A DNA stretch of 64,000 nucleotides from Myxococcota bacterium (lineage in GTDB: Bacteria > Myxococcota_A > UBA9160 > UBA6930), in assembly GCA_965223705.1 (NCBI GenBank), contig OZ245015.1, forward strand, positions 896,001-960,000. The letters run 5' to 3'. Both the position numbers and the translations under genes were made by a program. A model generated the notes under the pieces. That model searched no databases and had not been told where the DNA came from. It was given only the letters and a program-made list of their open reading frames with translations. This document shows, piece after piece, positions 28,782 through 38,884 of this stretch. Each line of letters starts with the position of its first letter. The first letter of the stretch is position 1.

Positions 28782-29981
28782 TTAGTATGAGCGGGGCATC
28801 CCCAGGACGTGCTCGCCGAGAAAGCTGAGCACCAGGTTGTTCGAGATCGGGGCGACTTGATAGAGACGCGTTTCGCGCCACTTCCGCTCGACATCGTATT
28901 CGGCCGCAAACCCGAAACCGCCCAGGGTTTGGATCGCCGCTTCACCGGCATGCCAAGACGCCTCCGAAGCGAGGAGTTTGGCCATGTTCGCCTGGGCGCC
29001 ACAGGGCAGGCCGGCTTCGAAGAGTGCGATTCCACTGCGCACCATGAGGTCGGCCGCTTCGGTTTCGGCGTAAGCGCGCGCGAGGGGAAACTGAACCCCC
29101 TGGTTCTTGCCGATCGGTCGATTGAAAACCACGCGCTCGTTCGCGTAGTCCGTTGCCGTCTTGATGAACCAGCGCGCGTCACCCACGCATTCTGCGCCGA
29201 TCAAGAGCCGCTCGGCGTTCATGCCGTCGAGGATGTACCGAAAGCCCTTGTCCTCTTCACCGATCAAGTTTTCGGCGGGCACGGGAACTTCGTTGAAGTA
29301 GATCTCGCAGCTGTGGTGGTTCATCAGCGTTCGGATTGGCTTGATTTCGAGGCCGTTCTTTTTCGCTTCCTCGAGTTCGAGGATGAACACCGACAATCCT
29401 TCCGACCGCTTCTTGACCTTGTCGGCATCGGTCGTTCGGGCGAGGACGAGCATGAGATCGGAATGCTCGGTGCGCGAGATGAATACCTTCTGCCCGGAAA
29501 TCAGATAGCGATCGCCGTCGCGGACGGCTTTCGTACGAAGCTGCGTCGTGTCGGAGCCGGTCGTCGGCTCGGTCACGCCGAACGCTTGCAGCCGCAACTC
29601 TCCCGACGCGATTCGAGGCAGATAACGTCGCTTTTGTTCCTCACTTCCGTGACGCAACAGCGTGCCCATGATGTACATCTGTGCGTGGCAGGTTCCGCCG
29701 TAGCCGCCGGTCGCTTGGATCTCTTCGAGAATCACCGAGGCCGCCCGCAAAGGAAGGCTCGAGCCGCCGTACTCTTCCGGGATGAGCGCTGAGAGGTAGC
29801 CCGCCTCCGTGAGTTCGCGAATGAACTCCGTCGGATAGCCGCGCGTCTCGTCGAGCTCTCGCCAGTACGCACCGGTGTACTGCTGACAGATCGCGCGGAC
29901 GCCCTCGCGAATTTCGGGATAGTCCTCGCCGAGCTCGAGCGAGGGGGGAGTGTCTACGTGGGGAAGGGTCTGTGTCGCCAT
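28782..29981 (-). CDS. Acyl-CoA dehydrogenase
   Basis: GVTEPTTGSD, GQKVFIS, GMNAER and GGFGFAAEYDVER motifs. Confidence 0.95.
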   Translation of the reverse strand: MATQTLPHVDTPPSLELGEDYPEIREGVRAICQQYTGAYWRELDETRGYPTEFIRELTEAGYLSALIPEEYGGSSLPLRAASVILEEIQATGGYGGTCHAQMYIMGTLLRHGSEEQKRRYLPRIASGELRLQAFGVTEPTTGSDTTQLRTKAVRDGDRYLISGQKVFISRTEHSDLMLVLARTTDADKVKKRSEGLSVFILELEEAKKNGLEIKPIRTLMNHHSCEIYFNEVPVPAENLIGEEDKGFRYILDGMNAERLLIGAECVGDARWFIKTATDYANERVVFNRPIGKNQGVQFPLARAYAETEAADLMVRSGIALFEAGLPCGAQANMAKLLASEASWHAGEAAIQTLGGFGFAAEYDVERKWRETRLYQVAPISNNLVLSFLGEHVLGMPRSY

Positions 29982-30000
29982 GGGTTCTCCCGCGGCGCGG

Positions 30001-30930
30001 CTACGCGCTCGTACTCGTGAAGTTTTTCGGAAGGCCGGCCACCGGGATCGCTCCGTGGAAGCGAACTTCCGGGAGCGACGAGACCAACCATTCGCGCACG
30101 GACAATAGCGCCTCGATGTCGACGCCGGTGCGCAAGCCCATCGACTCGAGCATGAAGACGAGATCTTCCATGTCGACGTTCCCGGTCGCACCCGGTGCGA
30201 ACGGACAACCCCCGAACCCGCCGAGGGACGCGTCGAACGCCCTCACACCGGCTTCGAGCGCCGCGACGACGTTCGCGAGGCCAAGGCCTCGCGTATCGTG
30301 GAAGTGGCCGGCGAGGGGGACGTCGCCGACGGCGCTCCGGACAGCCCGAAAGACACGGCCGATGGCTGCGGGATTCCCGTAGCCGACACTGTCCGCGATG
30401 CCGATCTCATCGACGCCGAGCTCGGCGTACCGTTCGGCGAGTTCGACGACACGGGCTTCCGAGATCGCGCCTTCAATGGTGCAGCCGAAAGCTGTCGACA
30501 AATAGCCGTTGAGAATCGGCCTCCGATCTTCCGGCAACTCACTGCGCCGGGCCGCGATCCTTGCGAAGTCGGCAAAGGATTCATCCACGGATCGGTTGAC
30601 GTTGCGCCGGTTGTGCGACTCGCTCACCGACAGGACGTAGTTGACTTTGTGCGCACCGATTTCGAAGGCGCGCTCGGCCCCCCGCAGATTCGGGACGAGG
30701 ACCGCGACGCGCAGGCCGCTGATCCCCAACGCGCCACCGACCACCTCGGAAGCGTCGGCCAGCTGCGGTATCGCGCGCGGCGAGACGAACGAGCTCACCT
30801 CGATCTCGGGAACGCCCGCCTTCGCTTCCGCTTCGCACCAGCGGATCTTGTCGGCGGTGGAAAGCTCCTGTTCGATGCTCTGCAAACCGTCCCGCGTGCC
30901 GACCTCGCGCACGGAAACGTCGGTCGTCAT
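30001..30930 (-). CDS. Hydroxymethylglutaryl-CoA lyase family protein
   Basis: EVGTRDGLQ, HFHDTRGLG and GGCPFAPGATGN motifs. Confidence 0.93.
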   Translation of the reverse strand: MTTDVSVREVGTRDGLQSIEQELSTADKIRWCEAEAKAGVPEIEVSSFVSPRAIPQLADASEVVGGALGISGLRVAVLVPNLRGAERAFEIGAHKVNYVLSVSESHNRRNVNRSVDESFADFARIAARRSELPEDRRPILNGYLSTAFGCTIEGAISEARVVELAERYAELGVDEIGIADSVGYGNPAAIGRVFRAVRSAVGDVPLAGHFHDTRGLGLANVVAALEAGVRAFDASLGGFGGCPFAPGATGNVDMEDLVFMLESMGLRTGVDIEALLSVREWLVSSLPEVRFHGAIPVAGLPKNFTSTSA

Positions 30931-30994
30931 AGATCCTCCTTCGACTCACAATAGTTTACGCCCCCGCTGTAGAATACGCCTCGGAGGATTTCCG

Positions 30995-33070
30995 ATGATC
31001 ACGCGCGGCTCCTGGCTCCTCGCTGGGCTCCTACTCTTCGCAGGGGCGGCCAACGCCCAGACCACCGTTGACGACGCGTCCCTCAGCGACGAAACCGACG
31101 GGACGAACTGGCTTTCCTACGGCCGTACTTACAGCGAGCAGCGCTACAGCCCGCTCGATCAGGTGAACCGCGAAACCGTCGGTCGCTTGGGGCTTTCTTG
31201 GTACCTCGAATTGCCCGAGGACCGAAGCCTGATCGGGACTCCGTTGGTCGTAGACGGAGTCCTCTACTTCACCGGGAGCTACAGCCGGACCCGCGCGGTG
31301 GACGCGCGAACCGGGAAGCTCCTCTGGGAATACGACCCGAAATCCATCGAGCATGCCGGCGATCGCCTCAAAGTCATGTGGGATTCGAGTCGCGGTCTCG
31401 CGTTCTGGAACGGCAAGGTCATTATTGCGACCATCGACGGCCGCCTCGTCGGGCTCGACGCGAAAACCGGCGAACGCATCTGGGAAACCAACACCGTCGA
31501 TCCGAGCAAGGCGTACTACATCACCGGTACGCCCAAGGTCTTCCGCGGCAAGGTCATCGTCGGCAACGGCGGCACGGAGCACACGTCGGCCCGCGGCTAC
31601 GTGACAGCGTACGACGCGGATACGGGAGAGTTCGCCTGGCGCTTTTTCATTGTCCCCGGGAATCCCGCAGACGGCTTCGAAAACAAAGCGATGGAAATGG
31701 CCGCGGAGACCTGGACCGGAGAGTGGTGGAAGTTCGGCGGCGGCGGAAACACCTGGAACGGGATGACCTACGACCCCGAGTTCGATCAGATGATCATCGG
31801 AACGGGAAACGGTTCGCCGTGGAACCGAAAGATTCGAAGCCCCGGCGGCGGAGACAACCTGTTCCTGTGTTCCCTCGTGGCACTCGACGCCCAGACCGGC
31901 GAATACAAGTGGCATTACCAGACCGTGCCCGGCGAAACCTGGGACTACAACTCGAACATGGACATCGTGTTGGCCGACCTCGAGATCGAGGGCGAGAAGA
32001 GAAAGGTGCTGCTTCACGCACCCAAGAACGGCTTCTTCTACGTCATCGACCGCAAGGACGGGAAGCTTCTTTCGGCGGAGAAAATCGGAAAAGCCACGTG
32101 GGCGACGCACATCGACATGGAGACCGGGCGCCCCGTTGAAGTCGAGGGCGCGCGCTACGAGGACGGTTCCGAGCTCGTTTGGCCGAGCCCCTTTGGTGTG
32201 CACAACTGGCACGCGATGTCGTTCAGTCCAAAGACCGGTCTGGCGTACCTCCCGACGATCGATCTGCCGGCGCTCTACACCGATGAAGGCATCGATATCA
32301 AGAACTGGAGCTCGCCCAACTTCTCGCTCAGCGCGGGCGTGGCCTTCGGCGGAGACACGCCGGTCGACACTGGTAAGGCGACGCTTCTCGCGTGGAACCC
32401 GCTGACTCAGAAGAAGGCGTGGAGCGTCGAGCTACCGAACAATTGGAATCCGGGAACGCTCGCCACGGCCGGGGACCTCGTGTTTCAAGGGCGCGCCACC
32501 GGCGAGCTCAAGGCGTACGACGCGTCTACTGGCAAAGAGCTCTGGTCGCAGCACATGGGTTCCGGGATCTCGGCTCCGCCGATTACGTATGCCGTTGACG
32601 GAAAACAATACCTTTCGCTGCTGGTGGGTTGGGGTGGCTCAGGCCTCGCGCTCGGGTCGATGGCTGCGCAGCACGGCTGGGCGTATCGCGCCCAGCCGCG
32701 ACGCCTCTACACGTTCACCCTGGACGGAGATCGGCCGATGCCTCCCTCGCCGCCGCCGCACATTCCGCAGCCCATCGACGTCGCGGATTTCGCCATCGAC
32801 AGCGCGCTTGAGGCTCACGGCGAGAAGCTCTTCAACGAGGCGTGTTTTCTCTGTCACGGCGGTGCCGCGATCTCTGGTGGTTACGCACCCGACCTCCGCG
32901 CGTCGTTGCTGTCGACGACGTTCGAAGGGTTCAGCCAGGTCGTAAAGAGCGGCCGCATGCCGCTCGGGATGCCGCGCTATCCCGACTACGCGGAGAAAGA
33001 CTTGCAAGGGCTCTATCACTTCGTTCGCGCGCGGGCGCGCGAAGGGGCGAGCGATCCGACCGAACCTTAG
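30995..33070 (+). CDS. PQQ-dependent quinohemoprotein alcohol dehydrogenase-like protein
   Basis: Signal peptide, PQQ beta-propeller (WLSYGRTYSEQRYSPL, WDYN, KNGFFY), C-terminal heme c motif CFLCH and PDLR. Confidence 0.92.
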   Translation: MITRGSWLLAGLLLFAGAANAQTTVDDASLSDETDGTNWLSYGRTYSEQRYSPLDQVNRETVGRLGLSWYLELPEDRSLIGTPLVVDGVLYFTGSYSRTRAVDARTGKLLWEYDPKSIEHAGDRLKVMWDSSRGLAFWNGKVIIATIDGRLVGLDAKTGERIWETNTVDPSKAYYITGTPKVFRGKVIVGNGGTEHTSARGYVTAYDADTGEFAWRFFIVPGNPADGFENKAMEMAAETWTGEWWKFGGGGNTWNGMTYDPEFDQMIIGTGNGSPWNRKIRSPGGGDNLFLCSLVALDAQTGEYKWHYQTVPGETWDYNSNMDIVLADLEIEGEKRKVLLHAPKNGFFYVIDRKDGKLLSAEKIGKATWATHIDMETGRPVEVEGARYEDGSELVWPSPFGVHNWHAMSFSPKTGLAYLPTIDLPALYTDEGIDIKNWSSPNFSLSAGVAFGGDTPVDTGKATLLAWNPLTQKKAWSVELPNNWNPGTLATAGDLVFQGRATGELKAYDASTGKELWSQHMGSGISAPPITYAVDGKQYLSLLVGWGGSGLALGSMAAQHGWAYRAQPRRLYTFTLDGDRPMPPSPPPHIPQPIDVADFAIDSALEAHGEKLFNEACFLCHGGAAISGGYAPDLRASLLSTTFEGFSQVVKSGRMPLGMPRYPDYAEKDLQGLYHFVRARAREGASDPTEP

Positions 33071-33636
33071 AAGTCGGGTAGGCCTTTCGGCGGCAAGGCC
33101 GGTCGCTCGACCGGCCGAAACTCGAATGGGACGCGTTCGTCTTCCGGGTTCGGGAGAATCGGGCCGTCGGCCGCCATGGCGCTGTCGCCTTCTCCGTCGG
33201 CATCGCTCGGCTCTTCCGTCGCGTCGGCCAGGGATCCGTTGAGCAGCACACCGTTCGTCAGCTCGGAAAGCGCGGTCTGGGCCGAATCCGCGACCTGCTT
33301 GCTCCACGGCAGGCCGTACGCGCGCGGACGACCGACGACGCGTCCCTGTTCGTCGACCGAGCGAACCCAGAGGTAGATCGCTCCCGGATCCGAGCCGCCT
33401 TTCTCGGGCTCGTCCACCTCGATCCACAACACACGAAAATTCTCGGGCAGCGGACTCGAGGTCGGCCACCCGAGCAGGCCGAACAACCCGTGCCAGGTGC
33501 CGATGTAGAGCGCCGTGACGAGGGCGATCGCCAGCGCCTTGATCGGGCGCGAGTACGGTGACGCCAGATTCAAATTGAGCAGGAGCGCGGCGACCGCGAC
33601 GTAGGCCGCAGTGAGAACCAGGACGGGAACGGTCAC
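33067..33636 (-). CDS. Membrane-anchored hypothetical protein (ExbB-like operon partner)
   Basis: Two N-terminal TM helices, GWP, IYLW and PRAYGLPW motifs; coupled to the upstream gene. Confidence 0.65.
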   Translation of the reverse strand: MTVPVLVLTAAYVAVAALLLNLNLASPYSRPIKALAIALVTALYIGTWHGLFGLLGWPTSSPLPENFRVLWIEVDEPEKGGSDPGAIYLWVRSVDEQGRVVGRPRAYGLPWSKQVADSAQTALSELTNGVLLNGSLADATEEPSDADGEGDSAMAADGPILPNPEDERVPFEFRPVERPALPPKGLPDF

Positions 33637-34250
33637 AGTTTTCCGCTGGTCGCAGTAGTCAAGAGCCGCTTCGGGAAGGCGTTGCGATCCGTAATCGTGC
33701 CGTCACCACCGATCGTGAAGCGCACGGCGGTCTTTTCATCTCCCATCCCAGTGAGTACGACGCTGTCGTAGTGCACGAGTTGCACCGTCGGGTTCAGCTT
33801 TTCGACCTTGACGTTCACGGAAACCGGCGACGCGTAGTTCGACTTGAAGTGGAAGACATTGACGACGTATTCACCCGGCGTGAGTGCGCGCAAGCTGACG
33901 GTTTCTTGGTTGAGCGCCGTCGCAAATTCCTGATCTCCGACGGACGTGCGATCAGCGAAGCCCCCCCGATCGTCTCGGTCGAGGTGCATCAACCCCGTGT
34001 CCCGGTTCCGGTACCACAGCAGGTTTCCCTGCGGATCTTCGACCAGGGTATCGATGTCGTCGGGGTGTCCATCGGCCCAGGTGACCGTGATGAGGACTTC
34101 CGCTTTCGACTGGATGTTGCCCGCGTCCTCCGGTTCGTTGATCTGGGCGAAAGCCAACACAAACATGAACGCGAACCCGAGGAGCGCGTTGAACAGCAAA
34201 TCCGTGAACGCGTCCTGGGATTCGCTTCGACGAAAAACGCTATGGCGCAT
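33633..34250 (-). CDS. ExbD/MotB-like single-TM protein
   Basis: FTDLLFNALLGF TM with intramembrane Asp; periplasmic domain DDIDTLVEDP...HLDRDDRG. Confidence 0.6.
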   Translation of the reverse strand: MRHSVFRRSESQDAFTDLLFNALLGFAFMFVLAFAQINEPEDAGNIQSKAEVLITVTWADGHPDDIDTLVEDPQGNLLWYRNRDTGLMHLDRDDRGGFADRTSVGDQEFATALNQETVSLRALTPGEYVVNVFHFKSNYASPVSVNVKVEKLNPTVQLVHYDSVVLTGMGDEKTAVRFTIGGDGTITDRNAFPKRLLTTATSGKL

Positions 34251-34929
34251 GAGGAGGTGACGGATCGGAGAGTCTGACGTCGGTCAACACCGCGAGCCGC
34301 GTCGCGAGATCGGCCGCAGAGGCGTCGAGCAAGTGGTACTGCAGCCGCAGCAGCGTACTCGTGACGAGCCCCGCGAGCGTCGTATACAAGGCGACGGCCA
34401 TGCCGCCGCTCATCGACCGCAGGAGTTGCTGCATGAGCGGTGCGCTGAATTCCGAAAGCTCCGCAACCGGTAGGAGCATCAAGATAAAGCCGACGACAGT
34501 TCCCAGCAGTCCGAGTTTGAGCAGCGCGTCCGAAGCGAAATGCCCAAAGGCGTGTCGGTTGACGAGCTCGTCACCGAAGGCCGTGAGGAGCGCCGTGCAA
34601 TCTCCGCGGCCGTTCTTCTCACGCCAGTTCGTGACGAAGTTTCCGAGCAAGCCTCGCTCGAAGCGACCGAGATCGAGATCGCCGTCGGTCAGCTCGTGTT
34701 CGAGCTGGCCGAAGTGCTTGCGTTCCTCGCCGAGCTGATACGCGAGCCAGAGCCAGTGCGCGCTCGCGAGCACGTAGAAAGCCAAGATCAGGTACGAGAT
34801 GTAACTCTGATCCGAACGGAGTAGGAGGCCCAGCAGGCCCCGATCGGCGGCGATATAGGCGGCCACCCCGACCAGGCCGAGGATGATGAGCGCCCGGAGA
34901 GCGACGTTGGTGTCCGTAGGTCTCGACAA
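34240..34929 (-). CDS. MotA/TolQ/ExbB proton channel family protein
   Basis: LGLLGTVVGF and GMAVALYTTLAGL motifs. Confidence 0.85.
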   Translation of the reverse strand: MSRPTDTNVALRALIILGLVGVAAYIAADRGLLGLLLRSDQSYISYLILAFYVLASAHWLWLAYQLGEERKHFGQLEHELTDGDLDLGRFERGLLGNFVTNWREKNGRGDCTALLTAFGDELVNRHAFGHFASDALLKLGLLGTVVGFILMLLPVAELSEFSAPLMQQLLRSMSGGMAVALYTTLAGLVTSTLLRLQYHLLDASAADLATRLAVLTDVRLSDPSPPHAP

Positions 34930-34974
34930 ACCGCCGAAGTTTACGCGACCCCCCGGTGCGCTTCTAGGGGGTTA

Positions 34975-36519
34975 TTAGTCGTTGGCACTCCACCCCAACG
35001 CGTCGACGATCGCGTGGTAGATGAAGTTCTGCTCCTGGACGCCGTGGAAGAGAAAGGCTCCGGGCCCGTCTGCGAAGAGCGGGACGTCGGCTCCTCCATG
35101 GGTCTCCGACGTGAGGGGAACGATCGCTTCTTGCAAGTAGGCCGGATCGACGACGGATTCCTTCGCCAATGGGGGACGCTCGCTCGCCGCCGACCCCTCG
35201 CTCGGGTAGTGGGGATAGTGTTTCGGTCCCGCGGGTTGGGCGTTCGACGGGCCGGTATGGCCCGGCCCGTTCGCGTAGGAAAGCGTCGTGAAGGGGCGGC
35301 CGGCGAGATCGGGGGCGGGCTGCCCCGACGTGTCTTCGCCGAAGGGATCGCGCCCGCTGACGAGCCCGAGGATCGGATTCCCTCGTGGCGAGTAGCCACC
35401 CATGCTGAGCGTATGCCCGTGATCCGCAGTCACGACGATCAGCGTTTCAGCGAGGTCGACTTCTTCGAGTGCGGCGGCGACTGCTTCGTCGAAAGCGATC
35501 GTATCTCGCAACGCGCGGTAAGCGTTCCCCGCGTGGTGGCCGTGATCGATACGCCCGCCCTCGACGATGAGGACATAGCCCGACGCGTTCTTCGAGAGGA
35601 TGGCCAGAGCTGCCTTGGTCATCTCGGCCAGCGACGGCTCCTCGCTGTCCTTGCGATCCGCTTCGTACTCGAGGTGGCTGTCTGCGAACAAACCGAGCAC
35701 GTGCCGCGTTTCGGTCGAATCGAGCGTCCGTAGCGCCTCGGCGTCGGAAATGACGATGGCTCCGGATTTCTCGGCCCATCGGGCCTCGAGGTCGCGCCCG
35801 TCTTTCCTGCTTCCGTCGGGCGCGCCCCGGAAGTGTCGTCGGCCCCCGCCGAGCGCAACTTCGAGGCCGTCACCCGCTGGGAACTCGACGAGCTGCCGCG
35901 CGATGTCGGGGAAACCGCCCTCCCGTGCGGCTTCGGGAAGCTCGGTGTCGTCTTCCCAGTTGCGGTGCGCCGCGTGCGCGTAGCAGGCCGCTGGTGTCGC
36001 GTGGGTGAGGCGCGCCGTCGAAACGACGCCCGTCGAAAGCCCCCGCGCTTCCGCTTGCTCGCACAGCGACGTCACGCGGCTCCCTGCGACACTCGTGTAG
36101 TCGCCGAGCCGTACCGAGGCATCGACGCCGAGAACGCCCGAGCGCGTTTTCACACCCGAGAGGATGGCTGTCATGGTGCCGGCGGAATCCGGTACCTGCA
36201 TGTTCGTCGTGTAGGTTCGGATCAGCGCCGTATGCGGGAGTTGTTCGAAGACGAGACGATGTTCTTCGCCGCGCTTTCCCGCGAGTTGGCCGGCGAAAAT
36301 GCGGGCGGCGGTCACCGTGGTGACGTCCATGCCGTCCCCCAGGAAGATGATGGCGTTCTTCGCTGGCGTCGGGCGGCGCCGCTCGGCTTCGGCGCGCGCG
36401 CGTTCGACGGCGGCGCGGCCCGCTTCGAACCAGTCGGGATCCGAAAGCCCGGCCTCCCCCCAGGCCCCAACGGCAAGGGTGCACCCGAGCACGACGACCG
36501 GACAAGCGAAGTAGCGCAT
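34975..36519 (-). CDS. Alkaline phosphatase
   Basis: FLGDGM, PDSAGT (catalytic Ser), THATPA, EGGRIDHGHH, TADHGH and ETHGG motifs. Confidence 0.95.
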   Translation of the reverse strand: MRYFACPVVVLGCTLAVGAWGEAGLSDPDWFEAGRAAVERARAEAERRRPTPAKNAIIFLGDGMDVTTVTAARIFAGQLAGKRGEEHRLVFEQLPHTALIRTYTTNMQVPDSAGTMTAILSGVKTRSGVLGVDASVRLGDYTSVAGSRVTSLCEQAEARGLSTGVVSTARLTHATPAACYAHAAHRNWEDDTELPEAAREGGFPDIARQLVEFPAGDGLEVALGGGRRHFRGAPDGSRKDGRDLEARWAEKSGAIVISDAEALRTLDSTETRHVLGLFADSHLEYEADRKDSEEPSLAEMTKAALAILSKNASGYVLIVEGGRIDHGHHAGNAYRALRDTIAFDEAVAAALEEVDLAETLIVVTADHGHTLSMGGYSPRGNPILGLVSGRDPFGEDTSGQPAPDLAGRPFTTLSYANGPGHTGPSNAQPAGPKHYPHYPSEGSAASERPPLAKESVVDPAYLQEAIVPLTSETHGGADVPLFADGPGAFLFHGVQEQNFIYHAIVDALGWSAND

Positions 36520-36553
36520 GGAACCTCCCGCGCTCGAGTCTAGACGCGGTGGT

Positions 36554-38293
36554 CTAATTCTGCCGTGCGGAAGGAGCGGCGTCCGCCTCGCCGACGGAGA
36601 TGATCGAAACGAGGTACCGACCCCACGGTTCGCCCGCCGCGCGATGCATCGCGACGCCGATACCGACGGATAGGTCCGCCGGCTCGAGGAGCGTGTCCGG
36701 GAACTCGATGTTGTCGAGCCGGTTCGTCTCGGTCAGCCAACCGCCGACGGTTCCGAGAGTGGTCTCGGCGGAACGGCGAAGCAGTCCGTTCAAGACTTGC
36801 TCGGGATCGGAGCCGCTCGCGATATTTTCCGCGGCTTCCCCACAGAGTGCGGAGATCTCGGGAAGCTCCGTCGGCGCCGCGCGTCTCCTCGAGGCGCGGG
36901 CCGCCGCCAATGCGCTGAGGATCGCCTGGCCGGTAGCGGCGCTATCGCTTTTCCCAAAAGTATCGTACGCGGCGAGGAGGAGGGCCAGCACCGACCGATC
37001 GTCTCGTCGATCGATCGTAGAGCCGATGGCCAACGTATCCGCATCCGCATGGAGAAGAACCGCGCGTCCTTCCGGGTACGCGACCATGTGTCCGAGGAGC
37101 CGGTTGATATCGAGCGAATCCGACTGCCAATCCCAGAAGACATCGCCGGATCGAACGGGGTCTTCGACGTCCCAACCCGCCAACATCCCGAGCGTCGCGG
37201 TCTCGAGGGTTGCGGACGCGACTCCGGCGGCGCCGTGAAGGAAATGCGCGATCAGCCGATCCGCCGTCGCGCTTTGCGCGGGCGAAAGATGCAGCGCGTC
37301 GAGGCCGGCTCGCGCACGCAAGGCGTTGACACTCGCGAGGGCTTGCTCCGAAACCGCTTCTGGCGTTGCCGGCGTCGCCGGCGCGGGGGGTGGCGGACGA
37401 CGGTACGTCGCGCTCGCGTTCCCCTTCGCGAAGATCAACAGATCGAGCCCTTTCTCCGCGAGTAGCCGCCCCGCCGGCCGAAACTGCAACGAAATGACCG
37501 CCGGCTCGCGTTCGCCTTCCGTCGAACAGCGGAATGAAAAACGCGGCAGCGCGACCGAAGGGTCTGCCGCACACGAAGCGAAGCCCGAGGCACCGCGATT
37601 GATGAGCGCCGCGGTCGATACGACGCCCTCGAGCACTTCCCCCTCGATTCGGACGGATTCACCCGGTAATCGCTCCCCGGAGATGGGCGCCACGCGCACA
37701 CGTCGGCGACCGTGCGCCACTGCGAATACGACGCGCTCTCCGATTCTCCCGAACCACACGCCCGCGCTCCGCGGATGCGCGTCGCCCAGTTCGTTCGCGA
37801 GAAGGCCGCGAATGTTCACGGCGCGCTCGCGAAGAATGACCTCGTGAGGCTCGTTCTCGGGAACCTGGAAGCCCAGGTAGGCGAGGGACGTGTCGGCGGC
37901 CGAGGATCGACAGCGCGCGGCGACAAAGCGGCGCACGGCGCTGCTCGGCTGCGCGCCGTGGGTCAGCAGAAATCGGCCGAGCTCCCGAGCGACGCAGTGC
38001 ATGGCTTCGGTCGGGATCAGCGAGGGACCGCGCTTCTCCGCTTGCGCGGCGAGGAACGCGCCGGCTGGCGACGAATCGGCAAAGGGTTTCGTTTCGATCC
38101 GATCCGGGAACGGGCCGCCGAGCTCCCAGGAAGCCGGGTCGAGAAAGCGCCGCTCGAGCATCGCATCGGGAACTTCCCGCGACGGCAGCGCCCGGATCTC
38201 TTCGGGGCTGGGGAAGGCCCCGACCGTCATCGGGGCCTGCGCGTAAGACGCGAGACCCAGGAAAGTCGCCAGCAGGCACACCATGCTGCGCAT
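36554..38293 (-). CDS. Exported hypothetical protein with degenerate CAP/SCP-like segment
   Basis: Signal peptide; VNALRARAGLDAL segment; paralogous to 52213-54012. Confidence 0.65.
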   Translation of the reverse strand: MRSMVCLLATFLGLASYAQAPMTVGAFPSPEEIRALPSREVPDAMLERRFLDPASWELGGPFPDRIETKPFADSSPAGAFLAAQAEKRGPSLIPTEAMHCVARELGRFLLTHGAQPSSAVRRFVAARCRSSAADTSLAYLGFQVPENEPHEVILRERAVNIRGLLANELGDAHPRSAGVWFGRIGERVVFAVAHGRRRVRVAPISGERLPGESVRIEGEVLEGVVSTAALINRGASGFASCAADPSVALPRFSFRCSTEGEREPAVISLQFRPAGRLLAEKGLDLLIFAKGNASATYRRPPPPAPATPATPEAVSEQALASVNALRARAGLDALHLSPAQSATADRLIAHFLHGAAGVASATLETATLGMLAGWDVEDPVRSGDVFWDWQSDSLDINRLLGHMVAYPEGRAVLLHADADTLAIGSTIDRRDDRSVLALLLAAYDTFGKSDSAATGQAILSALAAARASRRRAAPTELPEISALCGEAAENIASGSDPEQVLNGLLRRSAETTLGTVGGWLTETNRLDNIEFPDTLLEPADLSVGIGVAMHRAAGEPWGRYLVSIISVGEADAAPSARQN

Positions 38294-38365
38294 GTTCTCA
38301 CCTTCACGTTGTGAGGCCGGACTCGATAACCTCAGGCGAGTCTGATGAATTCGGAGGGGTTGCGC

Positions 38366-38884
38366 ATGACCTGGGTAGAGCTCGGCGGACTTGGAGAATT
38401 TCTGGGAGCGATGGGCGTCATTGTGACGCTTGTCTACTTGTCGATCCAAGTGCGGCAGAACACGCGCGCGATGGACGACGGCCGCCGTTTGGCTTTGGCG
38501 CAGACGTATCAGATGCGCGCCGATGGTTTGCAGAGCATGCTGGTGCAGGCGGCCGATTCACAGCACATCGCTCCCATCATCGAGCGGCTGACGGGGCTGG
38601 GGTATCCAGAGGACGTAGCGGCGCTCGAGCAGCTTTCCTCCGATGAGCGCAGTCGGTTCCGGTTGTGGCAAATCGCCCAACAAACCCATTGGGACAACAT
38701 GCTCTACCAGTATCAGCAGGGCTTTCTCGATCCCGAGTACTACGAGGACGCGTTCAAGGTTCGCGTGCGACGTCTGGCTCCGACGTGGGACGCGTTGGGG
38801 CTCATCGGAGGACGCAGCAGTTTCGACCGCGCCCTCCGCGAGATCATGTGCGAGGAATCGCCTGCGCCTACAAGTTCGGGATGA
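38366..38884 (+). CDS. Membrane-anchored hypothetical protein (GEFLGA...LVYLSIQVRQN family)
   Basis: RBS GGAGG; N-terminus shared with 56399-56875. Confidence 0.7.
   Translation: MTWVELGGLGEFLGAMGVIVTLVYLSIQVRQNTRAMDDGRRLALAQTYQMRADGLQSMLVQAADSQHIAPIIERLTGLGYPEDVAALEQLSSDERSRFRLWQIAQQTHWDNMLYQYQQGFLDPEYYEDAFKVRVRRLAPTWDALGLIGGRSSFDRALREIMCEESPAPTSSG

Noticed and set aside
33633..34929. MotA/MotB-like pairs (here and at 3-5092) as Zorya or flagellar stators
   Set aside because: No OmpA-like peptidoglycan-binding domain, no long ZorA tail, and no ZorC/D/E or flagellar genes
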